Assembly (NCBI GenBank): GCA_030704615.1
Contig: CM060734.1
Location: 39,928,001-39,992,000 of the forward strand
DNA: 64,000 nucleotides
Source: Takakia lepidozioides
Lineage: Eukaryota > Plantae > Bryophyta
Direction: 5' to 3'
The translations under genes were made by a program, and so were the position numbers. The notes below the pieces were generated by a model. That model was given only the letters and a program-made list of their open reading frames with translations. It made no database searches and was not told the origin of the DNA. The stretch's first letter is position 1. The number at the start of each line of letters is the position of its first letter. Shown here piece after piece: positions 40,301 through 51,900 of this stretch.

Positions 40301-43300
40301 GGCATCTTGTCCTTCTGGCTGTTTGGATTCAACCTCATCCAGAGCGTCAAACCGATTAGAAACTCTCAAGTTGAAGTTGTTGCCCTTGGTTGTCTTCCTA
40401 GAGCGCCCCATTGAATCACCAATGTCTAAGACCGCTCTCCAGCCAGTCAAGGGACGAACTTCTTTGAGATTGAATTGATGCGGGACTCTATTAGAAGCAC
40501 TTTTGGTCATTGCAACCTTCAACGTACCCCTGTTATCAAGTCTCGAGATGGTACCATTAGCCATGAAATCCAAGCCTAAGCTAGAGCATGTAGTTTTAAA
40601 GGACACATCGTCCATCCTGGGATTCACCCCAAAAACTACACATGAAGCCCTAGATTTGGCATAAGTAACCAATTCCCAGGGATCACCCTGAGGAGTGTTG
40701 ATGTTGATAGGAGCTAAATTTTTGATTGTTTTCGCAGGCCATAAGTTTAAGCACAGGAACCAACCCGAGCCCAAGTGCCGAGTATGCTAGACAGAGCATA
40801 CGACTGCCCAATTTGGGCGGAGGGGCTGCCCCCAAGCGGTAGGAGTCCGCTTGTTACCATTCAGAGATCACACTCCAGGGAGTTGCAGGGAATGGCCCGT
40901 GTAGGCATATTCTAAAGAGGGAAAGGCCCCAAGCTTTCCAACTAAATCCAATGCACTACCTTACCTGAAGCAAAGCGCTTCAGGTCGAAACAAACAAGGA
41001 CACGAGGTCACAAGGCCGGCATTTAGTCACAGAGACATTAATGTACTCCCGTTTCAAGTCCACCCAATGTCAATAGGCTTCCTAGAGGACAGGGAGAGGC
41101 ACAGAGAGAGAGAGACAGAGAGAGAGTCCAAAGACATGGAGGGAGAGATGACCTGTGACAAGATACATGGAGCAGGGCACTCCAGTCAAAGAGCCTTGTG
41201 AGCCATCCACTTCCCATGATGCTACTGCCTTGTGATCTGCATACCATCATGATACGTCCGAGGTTAAATCACAGGGACAATGTTGACAAAATATATGAAT
41301 TTCCTTTGACATGGGTCTACGAGGACAGATTCTCATTATTAGTCCACACGTCATATGTAATCACTGGCTGTTTGCTGTGAATGTAACTGCTACGTCCCTT
41401 GGAGACAAAGGCCAAATTGGATCGCATCCTTTACTAATCTATCATGGGGTGAGAGAGAAGAACAGGAGGAGGCTAGGAAGTTTATTACACAGCTAAGGGC
41501 CTCACCATGGTTGCAAAAGTCAATGCCTGGAACAAGTCCTTCAACCCATACTGATTCTTCCTGCTCATTTGAAACATTTGTAGTCTCATCCCCTTCTTGG
41601 ACCTCAGAGGAAGAACAGTTGTGCGGTGACACCACACACACTCTATCAAATCCATCTTCCAAAGGCCCTAAAGACTCACAGTTTGACACCAAAACTTGAT
41701 CTTTTGTTGCACTGGTACCATTGTGTTCCTCCAGCATTACGATGTCTATGTGGTTCTCTTCACTCTCAGTGGTCCCTCCCACCTCTTTAGACGGATGTGT
41801 AGCCTTCGCTGAGTCAACACACCCCAATGTCTCATTGTCGCGTCCTGCACTATCTTGGGAATCTCGACCTTGTAGATTTGACTCTTGCAGTGCCTGTAAG
41901 GCTGGCGGCACCGAAAGCTGGGATGGAAACACGAATGAATGTGGACATGGGATATTCAATGCACGGGTCCAAAATATGCAATTCGCCCTGCAAACACACT
42001 AGACAAAAAATTGTGTCAACCATGAAAACACATCAGCACCTTGTCTGAGTAGGATGGAAAGTCTTGACGTATGAATGTACTTGTGAGGCTCATAGCATGA
42101 CTCTTACTAAGTGATTGAAGAAGGTAGAACACGAATCATAGTCCAAGACTGGATTGAAAATATATGGAGAAAATGCCTCAAGTGCAATTGGAACAGACAA
42201 GAAGAGCGAAAGCTCTGAACAGGAGATTACTCAAAACCTACCACAAAAAGTCTTCAAAATCCACCACTCTGCATCAACCAAACCACCCAGAGAAAAGATC
42301 AAGTGCATAGTTAGTTGATGTTTCACACTTTTCAGCATAAAATATACAGTGAAGATAAGAAAATGCAAGATGGGGAAGTAACCCCAATTGGCTCTTCCTC
42401 AAACAGGACTTAGCAACATTGTTGCTTGCTCACATACACATAGCTCTAGTATCGAAGACAATACAATGGGCCTTTGTGGTATTCCCTATAGAGTAGATAA
42501 TGATCTGTAATGCTTCCATATGCCAATCAATATTGCAATGATGCTTGAGTCTAGTTCAAGCAAACCTCAATCCAACAACATGAAATGATGTTAGCTGTTG
42601 AAAAGCTATGGCAGTTCCTACTTAAGTTTGTAACCGACATGAGAGCGATTATCTCCATGGGGTCTATGCTGCTGCCTCTATAGAAAAAGTCAACCATATT
42701 TAGATCTTACCAAATCCATTGAAAGAAAAGGACAGCGTCTTTGACATACTGAGGGAGATGCTGTAGCACTAAATACTACTATAATACTTAGAATATATGA
42801 AACATCTGTACCTCTTCTCAGATTCAGCAGCTAAAAGAAATGACTCCGCAAGAAGCTTCACTTTGTCTTTAAAAAGTGCCCTGAGTGATTTTTGCTGCAG
42901 ACATTCCCACAAATTCACATAAATCCAGAGAGTGTGCAAGCGGACAGGCAGTATTCAACTTTTGGCTCTCTTCACCCAACCCATCCTCTGCATTATTCTC
43001 ATCTCACTTCTCCACATCCACAGCCAGCTGAAGTCAAGCTTGACCTCCCAAAGGACACATCGCTGGGTGTGAGAGCTGTGCCATTCCCATACTAAGATTA
43101 CCAGGAGGGGTTAATTCCCTAGTCTGTGGCTCCTAGGCTAAAGCATCAGTTCATTACACTAACCTTCTCATCCTAGGATTTACTTGCGCCCTCCCGCACA
43201 AAACAAACCAAACTCGGAACGATATTGGACACAACAAGACGACATGCCTGAAGTTTGGTGGCATGGAAAAGTGCTGTGCCCTTCAGCTCCAAGACTTCTT

Positions 43301-44777
43301 CCTCACTGAAGCATAGCGGGGTCCCAAACTTGGAAGGCAGTATGTCTAAATATCTGAAAGGTACTGCTGAAATTTTTTCACAACAAGACATATCTTCTAA
43401 TTTTCACCACCCCACCCCTTGAGAGACTGGTCTACACTGGTTCAGCCAATGGCTAGTAACATGAACTCAATTGTGCCACTACTGTTAGCCATAATGTCTC
43501 ATATAACTGGCAAAACAATAAGCAATTGTACGCGCAGATGTTGTCCCTAGTCCTTTGTGGTGGATGGACTATCTCTAGCACTTTGTAACAACAAAATGGA
43601 ACCCTTTGATTGTGTTACGACTGAAAAAGTTCCTGAAAAACAAGGAAGAAAGTATGGGGAGATACGGCGCCCAAAAAGATGATGGTCCCCTTGCACGTTC
43701 GACCACCAAAAATATCATGATAAGCAGGCGATCATCAACATCTCCCTCTTCAAACAACTGGCAGTAGCGTGGTCCTAGCAAAGGGTCTTGCAACACCGTC
43801 ATAGGTGTGATTGCCATTATCAGGGGGGTTATCATCATTACTCCTGAAGATAAACCAAATGACCATTAGCTCTGGAAGTGCTTACAAGCCCTATGCCTTG
43901 TGGAGAGAGGCTTGTGCCACTCTCCACTTCCCACTGTTCTGCTCATTCCAAATTTGAGGAAGGGTCCATATTTCCCAAATTAGGAATGGACAGCAAGGGT
44001 GAGTATTGTGCAAGGCTTGCTCCAGATTTGGGACTAAAATGATGCTGGCTGGGTGTTTTTGGACGCCAGCCATCCCCTATCTGTTTATGTTGAGTAAACT
44101 GGTTTTCTTCTTTCACAAACAATTGACAACGACTGTAGCTTTCAAGATGAGCTCAAACACATAAGTTTGATGCAACAATCCACATCAGAGTTAAGACCTA
44201 GGAAATGCATTCTCATTATCCTATCATCTCATTCTAGAAGGTACGGTGATAGTCTTATTATGCTGCCAAAGAGATCTCAGGTTTGTACTCATTGGATTGA
44301 TTTACGGATTACAGTGGTCACAGGTAGACAGACCACTCTCAGTTTAAATTCAGAGGGGTGCAGCAGCTTCGGTAGTCCTAGAGTCCCACAAGTAGAATTC
44401 GCCAGCTGAATTGGAGAGAGAGAGAGAGCACCTTGGGTGTTGTCATGCGTGGCAAACACACCTAGTCCTGCCTGTCGGTCACCTGAGGAGGGCCTAAGTG
44501 CACATCCTTGAAATCGGATGCCATTAACCTGAGGACCAACAACCGATATGATCACAGTTCATATCTTCCTTCTCTTTGACTTTGCAAATTATTATTCCAG
44601 GAGACAAGAAAATCCCTTACCGAACTTTAGCATTTGCATCCACATGCTCAAATTGCAAAGTTGTGATCTGCACTGACGGACATTATTCCGTGTCCCAACC
44701 ACAATATATGCCAGTCGGAATATTTACAGCCTAGGCACTGAATTCTCTTGAGTAGTTTCTTTCGATGATGCCATCAT
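28302..44777 (-). CDS. SET-domain protein-lysine methyltransferase, Rubisco-LSMT-like (At1g01920-like); exons incl. 44528-44432, 43843-43666, 43353-43248, 42894-42812, 42268-42242, 41987-41506, 41236-41153, 32247-32183, 32075-32019, 31749-31678, 30283-30029, 29241-29126, 28924-28817, 28446-28302; first exon uncertain
   Basis: AITPMTVLQDPLLGP, WVEGLVPGIDFCNH, WEVDG, INYGNKGNE|ELLYLYGFV, HSWSGHRK and YRKGQKRL. All internal phases are consistent. Confidence 0.9.
30492..31522 (-). mobile_element. 5'-truncated, rearranged copy of the RTE/RTEX-like LINE in a SET intron
   Basis: Highly similar to 36244-37330; flanked by the 10-bp direct repeat GGAGTGAGAG (30482-30491 and 31523-31532). Confidence 0.9.
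33040..34700 (+). pseudogene. DUF2921-family membrane-protein gene fragment, antisense in a SET intron
   Basis: AEGLYNPNNGKMYMKGCR...LDCSLEI..EYP..ARWL, PYISLGMLGVQAVGYIIPLIT|GAEALF and EDLFLLPQVVG. It carries stops and frameshifts and retains an intron (~33586-34201). Confidence 0.75.
34800..35950 (-). mobile_element. Older degenerate RT fragment of the same LINE family
   Basis: GDATIPALIFVDD, YTYLGF and IVNLYKKGDREEP parallel the full-length copy, with many indels. Confidence 0.85.
36244..41027 (-). mobile_element. Near full-length non-LTR retrotransposon (RTE/RTEX-like): N-terminal extension, APE endonuclease, RT and C-terminal Cys/His finger; disabled
   Basis: EN motifs ATFN, GQET, GDFNARVG, SIVDYI and SDH; RT motifs NYRGITL, QAGFR, FLDVKKAYDTV, GVAQGCTLSP and FADD; finger CPLC..EDSIHFLIHC. 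It has a (TC)n tail and a putative TSD CACAGAGA (36236-36243 and 41028-41035). Three frameshifts and one nonsense codon disable it. Confidence 0.93.
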
Positions 44778-44905
44778 CCATCGTGCCTGCGATCGGCCAC
44801 AGGGGACAACAACGGCGCAAAACGGGATGCCGTTTGTGACAGATTGTCCAAAGGCGCAAAGGGCGAGATACTGTGGGGCCAACCAATGGCGCACACAATG
44901 ACATC

Positions 44906-44912
<7 letters not shown>

Positions 44913-44955
<43 letters not shown>
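44913..44955 (+). repeat. (CT)n microsatellite upstream of the SET gene
   Basis: Read directly from the sequence. Confidence 0.9.
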
Positions 44956-44957
<2 letters not shown>

Positions 44958-45324
44958 GCAGCATTACAATTGCGAGTCATAATAATCACTAAAGACTATG
45001 ATAAGAAGCGGTTGATTTCTTTGCAATCTCTGTCCTCAGGGGCCATCAGGAATTCGCGTACAAAGATCTGAAGACAGGTAAGAAAGTGCAACATTACATG
45101 TTGAAGCTCATTTTCTCAAAAGACTTCCAACGACTACAGCACTGGTCTAAGTAAGGGAAGCAGTTCATACATGCAGCCACTCAAGAAACCGGCTCAACCG
45201 ATAATCCCCCATGCCATCCCCAGCTCCGACGCTATTCCGTGAGAATGCGTCCCCTCCGCATCCGTCAGTCTCCATAGCTCCCCTGTCAGATTTTGCATGC
45301 GTGGACACAGAGCTCATTTCACGA

Positions 45325-45425
45325 AGGGTTTAGGGTTTTCGTACATGGATGATCGTGGAGGTGGAATGAATGTCTGTAGAAATTTGTAGAGGCCGGTAAA
45401 CCCTAAAGCTGCCTTGCTTTATAAA
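45325..45425 (+). promoter_or_regulatory. Telo-boxes plus TATA, probable snoRNA-cluster promoter
   Basis: AGGGTTTAGGGTTT at 45325-45338, TAAACCCTAAA at 45397-45407 and TTATAAA at 45419-45425. Confidence 0.55.
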
Positions 45426-45724
45426 CCCCCCTGCTCTCCAATGATCCCTGTCTTCTCTCTCGTTGCGAAGCAGTGGCGGCGGTCTTGGAGCATCCTGGCC
45501 AGCACAAGCACGGAGTGCCCTACACAGCCCAGGCTGTCTGTAGTGGTTGTCCCTTGTAGCCGCTTGACTCCCTTTGTGGGTTATGTGTAAGTGAAGACGA
45601 GGGAGTGCAAAAGCGTCTTACTGTGGGTGTTGCATGTGCGTTGAAGTTTTGTGTTATTGAATCGTCGTTGTATGTGTCTTTTCCTCCCATGCTTCGGTTG
45701 TAGAGATTATGTGTGTGTGATAGT

Positions 45725-45818
45725 GGGAGGCCGATGATTAGACTTCTGATTAAACCATCTTTCGGATCGTAGCAACCTTTTTGGTTGTGCCGAATGCTAA
45801 CGAGTATGATGGCCTCTT
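45725..45818 (+). ncRNA. Box C/D snoRNA, U80/snR60-like (25S rRNA guide)
   Basis: Terminal stem GGGAGGCC/GGCCTCTT, box C ATGATTA, D' CGGA and D ATGA. Guide ACCATCTTTCGG is complementary to 25S CCGAAAGAUGGU, and the D'+5 rule selects the A equivalent to yeast Am817. Confidence 0.75.
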
Positions 45819-45964
45819 CTTTGCCTTTTGGTGTATTCATGGGGCTAATCACGGAAGTTACAAGGAGCTCACTTTTTGGTGCCTTTTTTTCATAGATGAG
45901 ATGAGATGTGCTTGAAGTCGGTTTATGAGACTTGCTTGCAGCGAGCTTTGTTCTTGGGGGAGTT

Positions 45965-46135
45965 GTGTTTCATTCGTCTTGGTATCCTGGACAAAAAGCA
46001 AAGGTTAATGATATACAATGATCTGACCTTTCGTCAGTTCCAGGAAGAGCAAAGCGCATCAATATCAGGTGGTGAGCCTTTGTCAGGTTAAACCCTATGG
46101 CAATAGGTTCAATCCATGGTGCTATATCCACATTT
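45965..46135 (+). ncRNA. Candidate box H/ACA snoRNA
   Basis: Two hairpins, H box ATATCA (46062-46067) and ACA-TTT (46130-46135). The 3' pocket can pair with 18S ACCAUGG-U-GGUGACGGG. Confidence 0.5.
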
Positions 46136-46429
46136 CATTCCCCATCGCTGGTGTAGCAGCTAGGGTTTTTTCTCTTTGATGTGAGGAGAGATGTATTGTA
46201 CCACTGCCCATGTAGTTTCTGTTCTATCCGTAGAGTTTTGAACTGAGTGTGGGTAGGGAGCTGGAAGCTTGGAACCAAGAGTTTGCCAGTTTCGATCATT
46301 CGATCATTTTGGTGTTCCTAGTGGTATAGGAAGGAAGTGTGGTGCAGTCTCTTGAATTCCCCGCTAAACAACAAAAGATTTCAACCTGTACCCTTTTTGC
46401 AACACCTCAATGTCTACTCTTACCTGATG

Positions 46430-46865
46430 TGAACACATTCCTATATGTTGCGAGACCTTTCTACCCGAAGGCTGAGAAAGAGGAAGTTCCCCCCTCTGTA
46501 CTTTTAAACATTTTGAGGATGTGGTCAAGAAGATTACTTCGCATATTGGTTGTCAGATTCCATTGTGCCGATTACTACAATGCGATTGCAGTGTTGTAAG
46601 TGTGATTGCAGTGTTGAAAGTGTGATTGCAGTGTGCCTGGAATTCCCCGTAAAAAAAACATAATTCAACCTGTTACCCATTTTGCCCCATCTCAGTGTGT
46701 AGTCTGATCTGATGTAAACATATTCGTAAATGTGGCTAGACCTTCCGACCCGAAAAATGTGAGAAAGGGGGGGTTCCCTTGTTCTTCCAACATATTTGAG
46801 GATGTGGCCAAGAAGATGAATTAGCATATTGGTAGTCAAATTCGGCTGTGCTGATTACCAGAATA
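46430..46865 (+). repeat. Diverged ~150-bp direct repeat pair (~287-bp spacing) enclosing a 20-bp x2.7 minisatellite
   Basis: TTTGAGGATGTGG(T/C)CAAGAAGAT occurs twice; TGTGATTGCAGTGTTG(T/A)AAG repeats lie at 46581-46635. Confidence 0.7.
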
Positions 46866-48272
46866 TGAAGTCTTCCTGGCCGTGGCGGATGTGCGAGAAG
46901 TAGAATGGAAACATCTAGAGTCCTTCACAAATTTTCATGTAAGACTGTAGCCATACCAACAAAGCCAGCCACAACTATCAGGCAGAAGCCTCATTGTATC
47001 CAATGTAGAGAATCTGTTTCGAAACGGAACCCTAGATACCTAACCAGATCACTATATACTAAATCTCAGTAAGCCAGGCCGCTGTGCCCACTGATATCGA
47101 TGCAAGTTGCTGCGCAATTCAATCAGATTCCCATTTGGTCACTACACATAACTCCCCAAATGTAGAAGGTGACCAGGGAATGTCCTGGAAGACATGATGA
47201 AGGTCTGAGGGTAATTGAAATGCCAGGGTGCAGAGTGATGGTTGTCTACAGCTTAAACCATCGACCTATCGACCTTAAGTGTAAGTGTGCTTCCCTCTCA
47301 GACTGACGAGTTCCGACACACTGTGGGCAGTGTACTGTGGGCAGTCCTTTTTGAGCACTTGCAAGTGTTTCAAGCAGCAATACTGCGAGTATCTGTTTTC
47401 AGGTCTATTGAACCTCGTTTAGGTGTAATCAGCAACGACATCAGTGAGTCGATGACGTCCTGCATCTGCACCAGAAGACTTCGACAGGCGGACAGATTAG
47501 AGAGGACGACTCTTTGAAGATATGGTGGAGGTTGGAGGCCGGTGATGATGGCTGTGGTGGAGAACAAGAGGGAGTAGCAACCATAGCACCACATTAGTTT
47601 TCACCAGTTTCAAACTCCTTTCTCGCCATACATCAGACGAGAAATTTATGTCAAGTGTCTTGAATATCTGTCTTTCTCTAGCACTCTCGTGAGTAAAGCG
47701 ATTTCGATGGGCTCACAAGTGGGCAGCTGCCGTGTACATGGAGCTAAATTTTTGTGACTCCGAAGCTGGTTTTGATGTGCCACGGAGCTGGTTCATGCGA
47801 TGGTTGTCGTCTACTGCGTCGTCTTCTTGTGGCAACGAATCATGTCAGGCAATTTCACATGAAATCCACTTCCACAGAAGTGGTGCACAAGCCATCACAG
47901 AATCTGACTGATCATACAGATTCATGTATATGTCTCGAGGGGCATCAACAAATCAAACAAGAATTTGTCTGGCTCGAATATATTAAGAAAGCAGAGCTTC
48001 AATTTCTAGATTACGTTGCAAAGTAGCTTGCAGTTCCAACCAAGTGCTAGTATTCGGACCTTTCAGGTGAGAATCCAAATTCGACGTGAACGTGGAGTCT
48101 CCGGAATAGCAGTCTACAGATCTCGGAAACGGATGCGTCAGCTTGAGATTATTTTATTCCCGACAATATGACGGGTTCATGCGGCCGAACGAACTGAAGT
48201 CTGGAGTCTGGAGATGTAAACGTAAGTACCAAGATATACAATACTACAGGTACATACGAGTTCAGGATGCAA

Positions 48273-48572
48273 TGTCTTCATTCTACGTCTGTCTTGCTGT
48301 ATAAGGGCCCATGCACATACTTCAAACCAACAGCCCACACGTCTAGCGAACGCTTCCCCCTAGCTCTACCATACATGCATGCACTACAGGTCTACACTTG
48401 TTGATCCAGAATCTTGAGCCTCTGTCTTCATTCTACGTCTGTCTTGCTGTATAAGGGCCCATGCACATACTTCAAACCAACAGCCCACACGTCTAACGAA
48501 CGCTTCCCCCTAGCTCTACCATACATGCATGCACTACAGGTCTACACTTGTTGATCCAGAATCTTGAGCCTC
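48273..48572 (+). repeat. Tandem duplication, 150-bp unit x2, near-identical
   Basis: TGTCTTCATTCTACGTC...CTTGAGCCTC occurs at 48273 and 48423. Confidence 0.95.
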
Positions 48573-48999
48573 GCTTTGGAACTCGACAACGCATCTCATA
48601 CAATATGCGTTAGCAGATCACATCCAACGTGTTGTTTCAGCTGGGGTTTTCATTTCTCTACAGTCCTGAATGAAGATGGGCAGAAGCTCCTGGCGGACAG
48701 TGAGAGAGAATCCGTTTAGTCATTCTGCTGATTAGTAATATTCACCAGAGCTGTGCAGAACTGGAACATTTCAGTCGTGGTGACCGCATTCAACAAGTTC
48801 CAACCCCGGCACTTGAAATGGAGTCTGGAATGGAGTCTGCCGAGTAAGAATGATTTTTGTAGGCTGGCCGCCTATACCTTGACACGAGACATACTCCGAG
48901 CGCCAACCAGAGCAAAAAGAAGGAGCAAAAAAGGGAGAGATTGACCTCCGCAGAGTTACATAAGCTTCAGCCTTTTCCGGAGGACAGCCGGACGAATAA

Positions 49000-51900
49000 A
49001 ATGCAATGAGACAGTCACAAATAAGCTACCTGCAGCACAACTCAAGCAAGTGATTAGGACGATCGTTCGGCAGCCCTTGCCAGGAATACGAATCAGCACC
49101 TCACGATGCGTGAGCATTGTCCATGTCTTTGGCCGGCAAACACGAAGTCCTAGCAAAACAGCTTGGGACTGAATCTTTGCCCGGCCTCGAGTTCATGGGT
49201 GCCCCGGAAGTTGAAGAATGAGCAACATAATAGATCTATTGTAACAGGTCTCCAGGGTAAGGATAATCACGTGCGAAATATCTAGCTTTTTTGGGAACTT
49301 CTCATCCTATGTACGTTCACCCATTGTACATGTTGTAAATAAAGTCTTTACAGGGTTTCATCAACATCTAGCTGGTTTCAATCAGGTTCCAATCTCGAAG
49401 GTTCAAATAAGTGTGCAAAGGAATGAAGAGAGTTCTCGAGGAGTTCTCAGCCCGGAAAATTCTCTTGATGTGGTCATGGCTCCAAATGACCATGGTACCC
49501 ATTGATGGGCAGACTTGGTGGGCAACCACTGGACACCCGGTAACGATGCACCTCACCCTCTCATAGTGATTAGGCGAGCAGCATTCGAAAAATACTCCAA
49601 GGATCTGGCCATAGACCTGTCTACATTAAAGTGGTGTCAGGATAGAGCTTTCTGGAAATTACATGCTGCTCCAGGGACTTTGTTCAAAGCCCTGGACTTG
49701 AAATGTTTGCCTTCCTCAGTAAATAATGATGCCTGAGGTGATGGATAAGGCTCCACAGTGATGCAAGCCAGGCTCCACGCAGGAATACATGAGGACGACG
49801 AACACGACCATTGCGCCGTTAGGTGCCTGGGACAGTTGGCACTGCAGATGTGTCGTATCTTCTCGAAGGGCCCCACCTACATGTGTACATCTTAAAACCT
49901 GTGCTTAAACTGTCGGTGTTGTGGTGGGCTTGAAGGACTTCAGAACTGTGGTTGCAAGTAAGCAAGGACAAGAGGATGTCACCTTCGGTGCCAATTGCAG
50001 ACAAATAATGTAGGGCATGGCGTGTATAGTACGTTTTGTCTACAGGTGCACAGAGATCACTCTAGGACGGAATGGGACCGATGTGTGCATCCACTCACCT
50101 TGGCCATCTTGGATATCGAGTCTCCTCCAAAGGTGTGAGGATTTTTTGAGATGCGCTGTCTTAAAATTTGGCCAATGTTGGGAAATCATTTTTTTTCCTT
50201 CCAGAAAGAAGAATCCTCGGGGAGTGCGAAACACTTTACCAAAACCCTCCTGAGAAATCACTGCACACTCCGTACACACTCCAACCCCGATTCAGGCTTT
50301 GAGAAAATTATTATAACATAGAATCTACGTGGTTACTGCACCTGAACTCCCCTGAACACAACACTAGCAAGGATAGCCTTCTGTGGGGGCAAGTTTGAGG
50401 GTGGTGGCATTTTATGCTGGAGTAAGCTAAGGACGTGGAGGCATTGGGCCCCGTGCGACTGGCATTGAAGATCACGTGATACACTGCTGCCCGTCCGATC
50501 TCCCTCACTGTCTCTCTATATCTTGTTCTTCCTAGGCAGCTGGTACGTACCATCGGGCTCCTGAAGAGTTTCTCTTCCAGCAATTAAACTCTATCCAAAG
50601 CTGCTCTATGGCTTCTATCTAGATAGTTTTGGTCGGTTGGTCACCCCATTCCTGCCGAGACAGCACTTTCGCTACTGAACCTCCATGCTCTGCATCTCCA
50701 GAAGAAACACAGCGGGCAGCTTGGGTCCGGACACAGTCTTCTATGGTCTTTAAATGCAGCTGGCAATTCGCAGTACATACCTAGTTTCGATCTCCTTCCT
50801 TTCAACCCTAGAGCTTTTGTCACCCTTGACTGCCAAATCTGCACCTCTGGCCGCGTTTCTATTCATAACTAGTTTGGAACACATTCTAAGGTCTAGCAAA
50901 CTTCGCAGTTGAACCATGTTCCCAAAACAGGATAGAAGTTTATAAACCTTGTCGAAATTGCTAAATGGCTCAGCCAATTGAGTCCAAATTTCACAGCGAA
51001 ATGCCTCATCCTGTTCATCACTTTGTCGTAAGTTTTCACAGTTTTTGCACGAGAGTTTCATATACCTCCTTTGTGGTGATCCGAAACTGCATTTTCTAGA
51101 CTTTGCCACCTTTTTTATTTTGAGAAACAATGGGGTTGTTCTGCCCTAGCCTCTTGTTTCTCAGGGCTTATCCAATGGGCCACCCCACCAACCCGGATAC
51201 CCCCACCGGCATTCAATGCCGTCCGTGCTGCGGGCGGGACCGACTTGCCACGCCACCCAGGATTCGGGCAGCGGGCCAGACATATCCACACACGATCTGC
51301 CCACATGTCGAGAAATCAGCCGCACGATCGTCCAGAACATTCTTCCGGATCATCCAACTATGCTCGGGCAGTCGATGGCATTGGAAAGATCTCGGTCCGG
51401 GCTACAAGTTTCGTCCTTACAGCATCTCAATCGGATCAAAATCCAGGCAGATATTTTCTTTGAAGAAATGGGTGTCGCAGAGCCCGTAAGTGCTCCTCTT
51501 TTTCATGGAGAGAGTGTTTAGCAACACGTCTCTCTAGAGAACCCCGGTCCCCAAGCAGTGCTCAGGGATCCGCAACAGTATATGCTCATCAACCAAGAAT
51601 CAAACAAAGTTCTACCAGTTGACCCTGATTTACCAGCTGCACACGTGCACTCCAGCCATGCCTCTAGAATCCCCTAAGAATAGAGCAGACTCAGCAGAGG
51701 AAGAGACACCAGTGACCAGCTTGCCCGACGTGTCCAACCTCACAGTATTTATGAAGCTGACCTGTCGTAGATAATGCCATTTGAAGATCATCATCTACTC
51801 GACATCACATGTGTTTCATGCCTACTTATTAGACCATCCAGGGCGAGCTGGTCAGGACTATCTGATCCTGCGGAGAAAACTCAACTCAATCCAAAATTCT

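Noticed and set aside
45325-45407. Telomerase RNA or interstitial telomere
   Set aside because: Only 1.5-2 repeat units upstream of a TATA box and no Pol III USE recognised; telo-boxes explain it better.
50380-50480. Tc1/mariner-like GGG...W...GIGP motif on the plus strand
   Set aside because: It needs a frameshift, and no DDE triad or TIRs were found.
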